Source: an uncultured Alphaproteobacteria bacterium
GTDB lineage: Bacteria > Pseudomonadota > Alphaproteobacteria > Rs-D84
Assembly (NCBI GenBank): GCA_944389495.1
Contig: CALXMN010000003.1
Coordinates: 10,862-74,861 of the forward strand
DNA: 64,000 nucleotides
Direction of reading: 5' to 3'
The position numbers and the translations under genes are program-made. Below are positions 1-9,756 of this stretch, piece after piece. Position 1 is the first letter of the stretch. Every line of letters starts with the position of its first letter. The notes beneath the pieces were generated by a model. It did not search any database, was not told the DNA's origin, and saw only the letters and a list, made by a program, of their open reading frames with translations.

Positions 1-285
1 TTCGAAGCGGCGCGGAAAATAATTGTTGATATATGGCGTGACCTGGCCGCCGCGGATTTAACCGCCCCCAAGGACGCCAAAACATCACTGCAAGAATATG
101 TTCAAAAGAATGACGATGGGGCATTGCCGGTTTACGAATATTTACCGGCAACGGGCGCCGCACACAAACCTGTGTTTAATGTTCGTGTGACGGCGATGGG
201 GCATACGGCAACGGGTTGCGGTGCATCAAAAAAGGCCGCCAGTGTTGCTGCCGCCGAAGAGTTGTTGAAAATTCTTGCATTTTAG
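1..285 (+). CDS. rnc: Ribonuclease III, C-terminal dsRNA-binding domain. The gene is 5'-truncated by the window edge.
   Basis: Frame +1 translates as ...HKPVFNVRVTAMGHTATGCGASKKAASVAAAEELLKILAF*, the classic RNase III dsRBD C-terminus. It lies directly upstream of secG. Confidence 0.6.
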   Translation, partial: FEAARKIIVDIWRDLAAADLTAPKDAKTSLQEYVQKNDDGALPVYEYLPATGAAHKPVFNVRVTAMGHTATGCGASKKAASVAAAEELLKILAF

Positions 286-323
286 GGTTTTGGTATATAG
301 AATTAGCGCAAAGTAAAGGATTA

Positions 324-698
324 ATGCGTATGTTTACAATATTATTGGTTTTATTGATAATTGTTGCAATTTTAATGACCGGAATCATTTTGTTACAAAA
401 GTCCGAGGGCAGTGGTATGTCCGGTTCATCTGCGGCATCTATGTTCGGCGGTGCTTTGACCGGTGCGGCGGCGGGCAATTTTTTAACGCGTGCGACGGCG
501 TGGTTGGCAACAATATTTTTTATACTGTGTGCATTGCTGGCGTTGGTTTCGGCCAAGTCTGATATGGCCACACAACAGAGTGATTTGCGCAATGAAATAG
601 AGTACCAGGCAAATGCCCCGACGCAATCGGCAATACCGGGTGCCGCCACCGATGCGGATGTGGCACAAAATCCATCTGATGCAACAGTGGAAAAATAG
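324..698 (+). CDS. secG: Preprotein translocase subunit SecG
   Basis: MRMFTILLVLLIIVAILMTGIILLQKSEGSGMSGSSAASMFGG... is the SecG signature, with two TM segments. An RBS (aaagga) precedes the ATG at 324. The ORF-track start at 216 is an upstream extension. Confidence 0.75.
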   Translation: MRMFTILLVLLIIVAILMTGIILLQKSEGSGMSGSSAASMFGGALTGAAAGNFLTRATAWLATIFFILCALLALVSAKSDMATQQSDLRNEIEYQANAPTQSAIPGAATDADVAQNPSDATVEK

Positions 699-712
699 AA
701 AATGTTTCTATA

Positions 713-742
713 AAAAAATCCCGCAGTCGCGGGATTTTTTTA
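713..742. terminator. Bidirectional intrinsic terminator (aaaaaaatcccgcagtcgcgggattttttt)
   Basis: GC hairpin flanked by an A-tract and a T-tract, sitting between convergent genes. Confidence 0.55.
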
Positions 743-756
743 TAAATAAATTTAAT

Positions 757-1026
757 TTATTTTTTTGATGTTTTCTTTTTTGTGGTTGTTTTCGTGGCCG
801 GTTCTTTTACCGTGGCAGAAACGGTTTTTTTACCAGAAAATTCGTCGCGAAATGCACGATATAATCCCGCACCACAAATATATGCAATTAACGCACTTGC
901 CGCCGTCAACAGTCCCGGAATCAGTCCATCAGAAAAATATGCAAAGAAAATAACCGCCACAACCAGCACGATTGTGTACCCCAGATTCTTGCCGAAAACA
1001 TTCATAATTCTGTCAAAGGTTTTCAT
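757..1026 (-). CDS. Small membrane protein with a lysine-rich C-terminus. Hypothetical.
   Basis: ORF with RBS aaaaggatataaATG. It has two hydrophobic segments and a KKKTSKK tail. No recognisable family. Confidence 0.35.
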   Translation of the reverse strand: MKTFDRIMNVFGKNLGYTIVLVVAVIFFAYFSDGLIPGLLTAASALIAYICGAGLYRAFRDEFSGKKTVSATVKEPATKTTTKKKTSKK

Positions 1027-1143
1027 ATTTATATCCTTTTGTTTGGATGTGCGCATTATATCATATTTTGCGGTAAAAATCCACAAAAAACGGTCGCGAA
1101 AGCCGTGACCGTTCAACAGGGGAAACTGTTATAAATACAGGTA

Positions 1144-1905
1144 TTATAAAATAATCTGGCCACCGATACGTGCGTTGCCCGGAATTGGGCCAAACGAAGA
1201 AGTCGGTGTGACATAGATATTGCCTGTAACCGTAAATTCGCCGGCAAATTGCAACATTCCCATATCGCGCAGGAACAAATTTCCTTCGATACGAATGCCA
1301 CGCGGCAAAACGTATTTGCGCATATTTTGAATGAACAGATTGCCACGAACCACGTCGCCGGCCTTTAACATAGTTGCTGCGCCGCGGCTGTCAATAATAA
1401 CATCGCCATACATCGTACGTCCACAACGTGCGGTTTGACGAATTGCGACCATATCTGGTTTTGTCTGGGCCACATTTACGGGGGCGTTAATTGTTTCGCG
1501 GTAATGATTCTTTTTCAGCGGTAAAGATACTGCGCGTTCGCGTACAATGCGGGGCGCGTTTTGATCTGATATTGTAACCTGTGGTTGCGCCATTTGTTCA
1601 GCATTGTTTTTTGCGATGATTACAACGGGCTTTTTATTGCACCCAACAATATCCATAATCAGCATAGAAAATAAAACAATTATTGCGGATAATAATGTAA
1701 TATTTACCAATCCAATTAAATCAAGTCCGCGAATCCAACGCCACACAGCGCATAAGCCGCGCCATATTGTGCGAAATGGTGCGCATATAATATTCCAAAC
1801 GCGTTTCCAAAATATGGAACGGTTTGTCTTGGTATTTTGTTTGCGACGATTGCTTTTACGTTCCATACGGCGTGCTGCAATTTTCATTTTCAATGCCTTG
1901 AACAT
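1144..1905 (-). CDS. Bactofilin-domain protein with an N-terminal TM segment
   Basis: The C-terminal half shows bactofilin (DUF583)-like beta-helix repeats: GDVVRGNLFIQNMRKYVLPRGIRIEGNLFLRDMGMLQFAGEFTVTGNIYV. Confidence 0.5.
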   Translation of the reverse strand: MFKALKMKIAARRMERKSNRRKQNTKTNRSIFWKRVWNIICAPFRTIWRGLCAVWRWIRGLDLIGLVNITLLSAIIVLFSMLIMDIVGCNKKPVVIIAKNNAEQMAQPQVTISDQNAPRIVRERAVSLPLKKNHYRETINAPVNVAQTKPDMVAIRQTARCGRTMYGDVIIDSRGAATMLKAGDVVRGNLFIQNMRKYVLPRGIRIEGNLFLRDMGMLQFAGEFTVTGNIYVTPTSSFGPIPGNARIGGQIIL

Positions 1906-2014
1906 ATCGGTCCCCTTTTTTTTGTTTTATCTGTACTTATTATGACCCTAAAAATGTATTTGTCAAGCATTTTGTCAATTTTTTTGTCTATAAATATATT
2001 GGCGGTCAATATGT

Positions 2015-2785
2015 TTGACTGGTGTTATGCATTGGGGTATAGTCTTTTATATTATGGCGCGTGGCGTTTGGGTATTTGTTTTAGTATTGATCGGGTGTGT
2101 GTCTGATTGGCGTGCACCGGATGATTTTGTATATCGTTCGATATTGGCGGGGCGCTATGAAATTGCCACGTGGCAGAAAATTAACGATTCCAAATCGCCC
2201 ATACACATTTATCTTGAGGGTGACGGTTATGCATTTAACGGACGTGGCGTTCCAACGGATGATCCAACGCCACGCGGGACATTTTTACGTAATTTGGCGA
2301 CATCAGATAATGCGTTAAACGTTGTTTATATGGCGCGTCCGTGCCAGTATATAATGCCCCCCACGTGCAGCCAATCCGATTGGACCGATGGGCGTTTTTC
2401 GTCTGATATTGTTGATTCTGTATCGTCGGCAATCAAGGCGGTTGCGAATAATCGGCCAATAATTTTAATTGGATATTCGGGTGGCGCAATGTTGTCGGGA
2501 TTGGTTATAAAAAATCATCCGGAAATAAACGTGGCAAAGTGGATTACAATTGCGGGTGTTTTAAATCATTCTGATTGGACCGAATATTTCGGCGACAGTC
2601 CGCTGGTTTCTTCAATGAACTTGGACGAATTGCCACATCTGCCCCAGGTGCATTATGTTGCCCAAGATGACAAAACGGTACCAATTGAATTGACCAAAAA
2701 GTGGACGGGCGGGAAAAATATGATAATTGTGCCAAATTCCACCCACAGTAAATTTGAACAGATAGAACTTGATTTTACATATTGA
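2015..2785 (+). CDS. Alpha/beta-hydrolase fold protein (esterase/lipase-like)
   Basis: GYSGG nucleophile-elbow motif (ILIGYSGGAMLSGL). The start codon is uncertain. Confidence 0.45.
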   Translation: MTGVMHWGIVFYIMARGVWVFVLVLIGCVSDWRAPDDFVYRSILAGRYEIATWQKINDSKSPIHIYLEGDGYAFNGRGVPTDDPTPRGTFLRNLATSDNALNVVYMARPCQYIMPPTCSQSDWTDGRFSSDIVDSVSSAIKAVANNRPIILIGYSGGAMLSGLVIKNHPEINVAKWITIAGVLNHSDWTEYFGDSPLVSSMNLDELPHLPQVHYVAQDDKTVPIELTKKWTGGKNMIIVPNSTHSKFEQIELDFTY

Positions 2786-3582
2786 CAAACGGTATATTTT
2801 GTACTATAAATATATGTGCTATGAATACGATAAAGATAATACCTATTTTTGATCAATCGGCCCCCAAAGTGTGGAACGATTTTTTACAAATACGCGCATC
2901 GGCGATGCGTTACATATATGATTACAAGATGTCATCATCGGAATATATGCTTGCATTTGACGAGATGCGCAATATGTGGCATCGTCGTCGTTTAAACTTT
3001 GCTTTTGGTGCATACCAAGCTGGCCGTATGATTGGTTTTATCCAGGGCTATGGTTCAAGTCAAACGGCAGTTATAGAAAATTTGTATTTGCATCCTGATT
3101 TTATGGGCCAGGGCATTGGTTGGGATCTGTTGTCGCGTGTGGAACGCGCCGTCACGTTCAGTGCAAAGTGGGTGGAATTGGTTGCGCTTGTTCGTGCCCA
3201 ACCTTTTTATGAACGCCACTGGTACATTCCAATCAGCCGGGGCAGCAACCGTTACACTAAAAAGTTGCCTGATAAAGTTTCCAGTGCGTGCGTTTTACCG
3301 GTGTTCCGTTTAACAGATGCGGTTGCGCGTGCCTGTAATGACATTGCAAATAAAAATGGCAATGCCGCAATTTCGCCAAAATTGATAAACCAAGAACACG
3401 TTCCTATGTTTGTATACTTGGATGGTATGTCAAATGTTCGTGGCTATGTCATTGGTGGTGCGGACAAAAATAATTCTGATATTGTTCGAATGGAATTAAC
3501 ACCAAACTATATGACGCAATATATTTCAAACAAATTAATGAATGAATTTGTCGCATTAAACAGTATACAAAAAACAAGATAA
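2782..3582 (+). CDS. GNAT-family N-acetyltransferase domain protein
   Basis: Acetyl-CoA binding motif LHPDFMGQGIGWDLLSRVERAV (Q/RxxGxG/A). Confidence 0.5.
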   Translation: MTNGIFCTINICAMNTIKIIPIFDQSAPKVWNDFLQIRASAMRYIYDYKMSSSEYMLAFDEMRNMWHRRRLNFAFGAYQAGRMIGFIQGYGSSQTAVIENLYLHPDFMGQGIGWDLLSRVERAVTFSAKWVELVALVRAQPFYERHWYIPISRGSNRYTKKLPDKVSSACVLPVFRLTDAVARACNDIANKNGNAAISPKLINQEHVPMFVYLDGMSNVRGYVIGGADKNNSDIVRMELTPNYMTQYISNKLMNEFVALNSIQKTR

Positions 3583-3598
3583 AATAATCGGGATTAAT

Positions 3599-4471
3599 AT
3601 GCCAAAAATAAAAGAAACAAATCGTGGCCTTATGGACATACCGTTGTCGTGCAGTATGTTTCTAGAACCTGCGCTGAACAAGTATGTTCGCAACATAGAA
3701 CCATTATCGCGTGAAACCAAACATTTTGTACACGAATGGAATCTGGCATTGGTTGATATATTAAAAACATCGCGATATTCTGGGGCATTGGGCGAACTTG
3801 GGCGAAAAATTTTATCCCGTACCATCAAATCTGATAATTTCCCGACCAAGTGTGTTGAAACGGCGCAAAATGTACCATTGCATTCATTGCATTATGCAAT
3901 ACGATTTTCCGAAAGTGTTGGATTTTTGGTCAAGAAAATTCGTGCAAATCCTAATATAAAGTTTGTTGATTTTGGGTGTGGTTTATCGCCATTGGCCCCG
4001 ATTATCCAGGCGGAATATGATGTTTCCTATGCATACTGTATTGATATTCATCCCGAAATAATAGATGTGTACAGTCGGGCATCCGAAAAAGTTTCTGGTC
4101 GTGCCCCGTGCAGTATCTCGTGGGAAGAGGCAAAGTCTATGGCGTTATCCAAAGACCTAAATACGATCGTTGCGATGGGTGTATTACCATATATTTCGTT
4201 GGATGACCAGGTTGCGAATTTAAAGTTTATAAACAGCCATTTTGCAAATTTCTTGGTTGAAATAAAGTATAATAACAACGCGGAAACGGCGGGTAAAAAC
4301 GTATTTGATTTAAAACGTTTGCAGAAACTGCGCCTGTCGGTGGAAAACACCCAAACATTGGAAACACGAATGATTCAAAATTCATTACGTTATTTGCATA
4401 AATTTTTGGGTGCTATGCCGGGCAAGCGCTATTTTCTGGATAATGACCGCAGTTTGTTTTTAAGCAGATAA
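3599..4471 (+). CDS. Hypothetical protein, possibly a class I SAM-dependent methyltransferase
   Basis: VDFGCGLSPLAP resembles methyltransferase motif I. The match is weak. Confidence 0.3.
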   Translation: MPKIKETNRGLMDIPLSCSMFLEPALNKYVRNIEPLSRETKHFVHEWNLALVDILKTSRYSGALGELGRKILSRTIKSDNFPTKCVETAQNVPLHSLHYAIRFSESVGFLVKKIRANPNIKFVDFGCGLSPLAPIIQAEYDVSYAYCIDIHPEIIDVYSRASEKVSGRAPCSISWEEAKSMALSKDLNTIVAMGVLPYISLDDQVANLKFINSHFANFLVEIKYNNNAETAGKNVFDLKRLQKLRLSVENTQTLETRMIQNSLRYLHKFLGAMPGKRYFLDNDRSLFLSR

Positions 4472-4477
4472 TATATT

Positions 4478-4759
4478 TTACTGCATTGCACACGCGTTGG
4501 TAAATTCATATGTCCCGGCGTTGTCTGTATACGGTGTGTTTGCCGGTGCGTACATAATGCACACCCCACTGGGGGCGGATACCAGGCAACTGGTTGCCGT
4601 TCCCAGTGACACATACCCGGTGGGACACGATCCATCAAAGATAGTCAGGCTGTAATTGTATTTGGCAATAAAGCCCGTAGGACACGATGTAGACGGCGCG
4701 GCGGCAAATGCGCCCACCGGCATACATATCATAATTAAAATAAATACCAATTTCATCAC
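4478..4759 (-). CDS. Family B small secreted Cys-rich protein (copy 1)
   Basis: Signal peptide, then AAPSTSCPTGF...GSCPTGYVS...CIMYAPANTPYTDNAGTYEFTNAC. It lies 9 bp downstream of family A copy 1. Confidence 0.6.
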   Translation of the reverse strand: MMKLVFILIMICMPVGAFAAAPSTSCPTGFIAKYNYSLTIFDGSCPTGYVSLGTATSCLVSAPSGVCIMYAPANTPYTDNAGTYEFTNACAMQ

Positions 4760-4768
4760 GGATGCCTT

Positions 4769-5194
4769 TTACATTAAACTTGAAAACGCTGCTGTCCGAA
4801 AAGATTCTGAGCTGGCGAATGAATACGCGCAATCATATGCACAGTCACTTGAACAGGTGCTGGCCGATCCGTATGAACCATTGTATAACCAGTAATATGA
4901 TACGGCTGGCCCAATCACTCTGCACCAACAATATTTATTGTTATTTAATGTGCCGCTAAGTTCCAACATATGTGCGGTTTCGCCGATGGTGCCGCCATTT
5001 TGGGATGAACATACGGCAATACCGGAAACATTGCGGCCACGGCACGAGTTTGCCCAATTATAACCACCGAGGCTTCCGTCATCTATCAGACAGGGTGTTT
5101 GTGGAATTTAAATGCATTGGGTAACGCCCTCGTTGGATGGTATTATATGCAGAATACATATTGCGGCGGTCGCGATTAGTATCTTGGATTTCAT
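4769..5194 (-). pseudogene. Family A secreted Cys-rich protein (copy 1), interrupted by one in-frame TAA at 5107-5109
   Basis: The reverse complement translates MKSKILIATAAICILHIIPSNEGVTQCI*IPQT...NNNKYCWCRVIGPAVSYYW...FRTAAFSSL. The stop replaces the Lys of the conserved VTKCVKL. RBS aggag precedes the ATG. Confidence 0.5.
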
Positions 5195-5300
5195 TTTTCT
5201 TATCTCCTGAGTTTCCTTATAAAAAACCACCAAATACATTGGTGGCCAGGAGATTCGAAACAATTACCAGAATTGTGTCACTTATTTGATATTCGTGACC
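5195..5300 (-). promoter_or_regulatory. Structured 5' leader of A copy 1: two hairpins, the second terminator-like (ccaccaatgtatttggtgg + T-tract) just before the RBS
   Basis: Same architecture as the leaders of A copies 3, 4 and 5. Confidence 0.4.
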
Positions 5301-5392
5301 CTCCTGACCAAAAAATCAGGAGTTTATTTATCGTCGTAATAAAAAACAACGCACACGCGCCGTTCAAATATCGACGCTGGTATTCGGGTTTC

Positions 5393-5423
5393 GACACCCC
5401 ATCAATGGAACACCCATTGACAA
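5393..5423. promoter_or_regulatory. Conserved palindromic upstream motif GACACCCCATCAATGGAACACCCATTGACAA (A copy 1)
   Basis: The same motif sits 150-230 bp upstream of A copies 3, 4 and 5. It has an internal inverted repeat, TCAATGG/CCATTGA. Confidence 0.45.
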
Positions 5424-5520
5424 TAATTATACTATCGCATTGCACAATTTAATGCAAGATGAAAAAGTCATAGTTCTTGATATGCTTATTATGTGTTTGC
5501 AAAGAAATTTGAAAACATAC

Positions 5521-5548
5521 AAAAAAAACGGGGCAGGGCCCCGTTTTT
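5521..5548 (-). terminator. Intrinsic terminator downstream of groEL
   Basis: aaaaaaaacggggcagggccccgttttttt. Confidence 0.6.
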
Positions 5549-7165
5549 TTACATCATTCCCGGCATACCGCCACCCATTTGTGGTGCGGGTTTTTCTTCG
5601 GGAATTTCAGACATAACCGCGCCCGTCGTTAACAATACGCCCGCGGTACTGGCCGCCGCCTGAATTGCGGTTTTAACGACCTTGGCCGGGTCAATAATTC
5701 CGGACTTCATCATATCGACATATTCGCCGGTTTGTGCATTATAACCAAAGTTATAATCTTTGGCCTCGGTTACTTTGCCAACAACAATTTCACCGGATAC
5801 GCCCGCATTTTCGGCAATTTGTGCGCACGGCGCAACCAGTGCACGTCGCACAATATCAATACCAACGTTTTGGTCGGCGTTTGTGCCGGTAAGTTTTTCC
5901 AATGCCGTTGTCGCACGAACCAGTGCGATACCACCACCTGCAACGATTCCTTCGGCCACGGCCGCGCGGGTTGCCGCCAACGCATCATCAACGCGATCTT
6001 TCTTTTCTTTAACTTCGACCTCGGTCATACCGCCGACCTTGATAACCGCGACGCCACCAACCAACTTTGCCAAACGTTCGGCCAATTTTTCGCGATCATA
6101 ATCACTGGTTGATGTTGACATCAGTTTACGTATTTCATCGGCGCGTGCATCGATTGCGGTCTTGTCGCCGCCGCCCTGGGCCACCAAAGTGGAATCTTTG
6201 GTAACGACTACTTTCTTTGCGCTGCCCAGTACGTCGGGTGTAATGTTTTCAAATGTCATACCCATATCATCTGATATAACTGTTGCACCGGTAACGGCGG
6301 CAATATCCTTTAACATTTCTTTGCGTCTGTCGCCAAAGCCCGGGGCCTTGACCGCACAAACCTTTAACCCACCGCGCAGTTTGTTCAGAACCAGTGTTGC
6401 CAACGCCTCGGATTCGACGTCTTCGGCGATAATCAGCAATGGACGTCCCGATTGTGCAATCGGTTCCAAAATCGGCAACAGTGCCTGAAGCCCGGTAATT
6501 TTCTTTTCAGAAACCAAGATTTGGGCCCCATCTAATTCAGCCAGCATTTTTTCGCTGTTGGTTACAAAGTATGGCGACATAAAGCCTTGGTCGAATTGCA
6601 TACCTTCAACGACATCAATTTCTGTTTCCAGACCTTTTGCCTCTTCAACGGTAATAACGCCTTCTTTTCCGACTTTTTCCATTGCATCCGCGATTTTTTG
6701 TCCGATATCGGCATCACTGTTTGCAGAAATTGTTGCGACCTGGGCGATTTCTGCGCTGTCCTTGACCGGGCGCGCGTGTTTTTCAATGTCTTTAACAACG
6801 GCGGCGGTTGCTAAATCAATTCCGCGTTTAACGTCCATAGGATTCATTCCTGCGGCAATAACACGTCGTCCTTCGCGAATAATTTTCTGTGCCAAAACGG
6901 TTGCGGTTGTTGTGCCGTCACCGGCGTCATCACCGGCCTTTTTTGCAACTTCTTGTACCATACGGGCGCCGATATTTTCCTGGGGGTCTTTCAGTGATAC
7001 GGCCTTGGCAACGGTAACACCATCCTTGGTGGCAACCGGTGCGCCGTATGATTTGTCAATTACGACCGTTCGACCCTTGGGGCCCATAGTAATTTTGACG
7101 GCATTGGCCAATTTATCAACGCCGGCCGCCAATTTATCTGTATCAAATACGATTTCTTTTGCCAT
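5549..7165 (-). CDS. groEL: Chaperonin GroEL (Hsp60)
   Basis: 538 aa. [10 protein letters not shown]...GGGMPGMM with the GGM-rich C-terminus. Canonical. Confidence 0.97.
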   Translation of the reverse strand: MAKEIVFDTDKLAAGVDKLANAVKITMGPKGRTVVIDKSYGAPVATKDGVTVAKAVSLKDPQENIGARMVQEVAKKAGDDAGDGTTTATVLAQKIIREGRRVIAAGMNPMDVKRGIDLATAAVVKDIEKHARPVKDSAEIAQVATISANSDADIGQKIADAMEKVGKEGVITVEEAKGLETEIDVVEGMQFDQGFMSPYFVTNSEKMLAELDGAQILVSEKKITGLQALLPILEPIAQSGRPLLIIAEDVESEALATLVLNKLRGGLKVCAVKAPGFGDRRKEMLKDIAAVTGATVISDDMGMTFENITPDVLGSAKKVVVTKDSTLVAQGGGDKTAIDARADEIRKLMSTSTSDYDREKLAERLAKLVGGVAVIKVGGMTEVEVKEKKDRVDDALAATRAAVAEGIVAGGGIALVRATTALEKLTGTNADQNVGIDIVRRALVAPCAQIAENAGVSGEIVVGKVTEAKDYNFGYNAQTGEYVDMMKSGIIDPAKVVKTAIQAAASTAGVLLTTGAVMSEIPEEKPAPQMGGGMPGMM

Positions 7166-7183
7166 AGTTTAAATCCCCCTTGA

Positions 7184-7471
7184 TTATTCCAAGATACCCA
7201 AAATGTCTGATTCTTTGACCAGTACATAATCTTTGCCATCGATTTTTACTTCATTTGCAGATGCGGCCCATTTTGCGAACAGAACGACATCACCGACCTT
7301 GACCGTCATAGGAACCCGGTCGTCGCCATCAAATGCGCCATCGCCAACGGCAATTACCCGCCCGTGCGAAGGTTTTTCTTTTGCATTATCGGGGATGATT
7401 ATTCCGCCGGCCGTTTTATTTTCTTCTTCGATACGTTCCAACAGAACATAGTTATGCAATGGTTTAAACAT
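7184..7471 (-). CDS. groES: Co-chaperonin GroES (Hsp10)
   Basis: 95 aa. [28 protein letters not shown]... Directly upstream of groEL. Confidence 0.95.
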   Translation of the reverse strand: MFKPLHNYVLLERIEEENKTAGGIIIPDNAKEKPSHGRVIAVGDGAFDGDDRVPMTVKVGDVVLFAKWAASANEVKIDGKDYVLVKESDILGILE

Positions 7472-7606
7472 ATTTATTTCTCCTTATGTCTAAATGCTTC
7501 TGGGTATGAATATAGTGCACGGGTATTTGATTTCAAGTGCTTGATTTTATATCACCAGTGTACTATGCTTACCCCAACGACACAATGGGAATCAAAGGGG
7601 CGATAT

Positions 7607-7954
7607 ATGTATGACAAGAATAACGTTTTTGCGAAAATAATTCGTGGCGAATTGCCGTCAAACAAAATTTATGAAGATGACTATGCCTTGGCATTCCAGA
7701 ATATTGCACCACGTGCCAAGACGCACGTTTTGGTCATTCCCAAGGGTGAATATACCGATGTTTATGATTTCACGGCAAATGCGCCCGTTGCGGCCCAGGT
7801 TGGTTTTTGGTCTGCGGTTCGCAAGACGGTTGATACATTGGGGTTGTCGCAAAATTTTCGTATGGTTGCGAATACCGGCCCCGGTGCGGGTCAAAGCGTT
7901 TTTCATTTTCACGTACATATTATGAGTGATGAACGATTCAAAACGGACTTTTAA
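7607..7954 (+). CDS. HIT-family (histidine triad) hydrolase
   Basis: Ends with the HIT motif HFHVHIM. The ATG at 7607 follows an RBS. The ORF-track start at 7364 is an extension. Confidence 0.8.
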   Translation: MYDKNNVFAKIIRGELPSNKIYEDDYALAFQNIAPRAKTHVLVIPKGEYTDVYDFTANAPVAAQVGFWSAVRKTVDTLGLSQNFRMVANTGPGAGQSVFHFHVHIMSDERFKTDF

Positions 7955-8159
7955 AATTCGTGTTATGCCGCGTGCGCGTCATAACAAGATAACTGTTGAC
8001 CAAAACGGTACGTTGCGCGTACATACAACGGCCGCCCCGGTTGATGGGGCGGCAAATGCGGCGGTAATAAAAATGCTGGCCGAATACTTTGATGTACCGA
8101 AAACCAGCATAGAAATTATTCGCGGTTCTGCTTCGCGGGACAAAGTAATTTGTGTTTAA
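7926..8159 (+). CDS. DUF167 (YggU-like) protein
   Basis: 77 aa. KIRVMPRARHNKI...GAANAAVIKMLAEYFDVPKTSIEIIRGSASRDK. Overlaps the HIT gene by ~28 bp. Confidence 0.55.
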   Translation: MMNDSKRTFKIRVMPRARHNKITVDQNGTLRVHTTAAPVDGAANAAVIKMLAEYFDVPKTSIEIIRGSASRDKVICV

Positions 8160-8707
8160 TAATCTTTTATCCTTTTTATTAAATCCGCTACTGTATTTGC
8201 GCCAAGAATGTTATAGTCGTGAATGCTTTCTATAAAACCGCACTTTTGCATATGAATAAACAGGCGTACAAACGGAATCCAAAAACCGGCCGTATTCAAA
8301 AAGAACAGGGGTTTTTTTGATTCACCAATTTGCTGCATTGTCATAATGTCCGTTAATTCGTTCAGTGTGCCTATCCCGCCCGGCAGTATAATAAATGCGT
8401 CCGATAATTCGAACATTTTTTGTTTACGGTCATTGACGCCTGTGACAATTTCCACCTGGACCCCGGTATGAACAGGCTCCTGTTTTTCAATAACATTGTT
8501 TGTGGAAACGCCGATAACCTTGCCCCCGGCATCCAATGCCGCCGTTGCCACCGTTCCCATCAGACCAACATCGCCACCACCAAATACCATACGAATATCA
8601 TTTTTTCCCAAAAATTCGCCAATTGATGCCGCATCAACTGCAAACTGGGGGTGTGTGCCGAATTGATGTCCACAATATACAGCAATAGATTTTAACTTAC
8701 CCGTCAT
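8156..8707 (-). CDS. LOG-family cytokinin riboside 5'-monophosphate phosphoribohydrolase-like protein
   Basis: PGGIGTLNEL and GGG..GLMG motifs. Confidence 0.8.
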   Translation of the reverse strand: MTGKLKSIAVYCGHQFGTHPQFAVDAASIGEFLGKNDIRMVFGGGDVGLMGTVATAALDAGGKVIGVSTNNVIEKQEPVHTGVQVEIVTGVNDRKQKMFELSDAFIILPGGIGTLNELTDIMTMQQIGESKKPLFFLNTAGFWIPFVRLFIHMQKCGFIESIHDYNILGANTVADLIKRIKDY

Positions 8708-8757
8708 AACTTCTTTTTCCTTTATTTTTGCGAATTATATCATAAAATGACGGTGTT

Positions 8758-9756
8758 ATGAATCAAAAGTTTTTGGATTTTATGCACAGGTATAAAGGAA
8801 TGCGTCTTGCCGTGGCGGTCAGTGGCGGGGTGGATTCTGTATGTCTGTTGTGTTGGTTGGCGCGTATGGGAATGGATATAACGTGCCTGCACGTGAACCA
8901 CGGGTTGCGCGCAAATGCAGAAACAGAAACCCAATATGTGCGCGATTTATGTAAAAAATTAAACGTGCCGTGCAAAATCTTTTATTGGACGGATACCAAA
9001 CCCGCCACCGGTATCGAGGCCGCCGCCCGCACCGCACGATATAAATTTATGACGAATTTTTGTCGCGAAAATAAAATGGATGCATTGCTTGTCGCGCACC
9101 AGGCCGATGATCAGATTGAAACATTTTTAATGAATCTGGGGCGGGGCAGTGGTTTGTATGGTTTGGCCGCGATGCGGCGCGTTTCATATCGCGATGGCGT
9201 TCAAATTGTTCGTCCATTATTGGATGTTTCGCGTGCCGAACTAAGGCGTTATTGCGATGATAATGGTATCAGGTATTTTATGGATGAAATGAACAGTGAT
9301 CCACACTATACCCGTGTTCGCATTCGTCAAAATCGTCATTTGTTATCAACAGAATTGGGCATCAGTGATGCACGTATTTTGTTGGCAATTAAAAATCTGG
9401 GACGTGTACGAGATGCGCTGGATTCTGAAATTGGTGAAATGGTATCATCGGTTATAAGTAATAATCGTGCGATGTTTTCAGATTCTTTTCTATTTGACCC
9501 GGCACCCGATGTTGGGTTAAAGTTGCTTGGGACATTGATTCAAAAAATTGGGGGGAATGAATATCAACCACGCTTGAATTCTTTATCAAGTGCACTAAGT
9601 AAATTGCAACACGATTGTAAATTTACATTGGGACATTGTACAATTCGACGTCTGGGCCCCAGAATTTTAATCGTGCCCGAAGGGTCAAAAACAAGTTTCA
9701 GGACAAGATATGGAAAATCAAAATCAAATTCAAAAAAATCAGAACAAGAAAAATAA
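8758..9756 (+). CDS. tilS: tRNA(Ile)-lysidine synthetase
   Basis: PP-loop SGGVDS motif. It sits immediately upstream of ftsH, the usual arrangement. Confidence 0.8.
   Translation: MNQKFLDFMHRYKGMRLAVAVSGGVDSVCLLCWLARMGMDITCLHVNHGLRANAETETQYVRDLCKKLNVPCKIFYWTDTKPATGIEAAARTARYKFMTNFCRENKMDALLVAHQADDQIETFLMNLGRGSGLYGLAAMRRVSYRDGVQIVRPLLDVSRAELRRYCDDNGIRYFMDEMNSDPHYTRVRIRQNRHLLSTELGISDARILLAIKNLGRVRDALDSEIGEMVSSVISNNRAMFSDSFLFDPAPDVGLKLLGTLIQKIGGNEYQPRLNSLSSALSKLQHDCKFTLGHCTIRRLGPRILIVPEGSKTSFRTRYGKSKSNSKKSEQEK

Noticed and set aside
4656-4959. Plus-strand ORFs 4656-4895 and 4762-4959 overlapping A/B copy 1
   Set aside because: They are antisense to the family A/B genes, whose homology-supported frames are on the minus strand.
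5732-6488. Several 100-130-aa ORFs on the + strand inside groEL (5732-6112, 5760-6101, 6162-6488, 6558-7172)
   Set aside because: They are antisense to a highly conserved, well-supported gene. They are Ala/Thr/Ser-rich shadow frames typical of GC-rich third-position coding sequence.
7480-7560. Possible CIRCE (HrcA operator) upstream of groES
   Set aside because: The best candidate inverted repeat (AGCACTTGA ... GTGCACTAT) has the wrong spacing and poor match to TTAGCACTC-N9-GAGTGCTAA.
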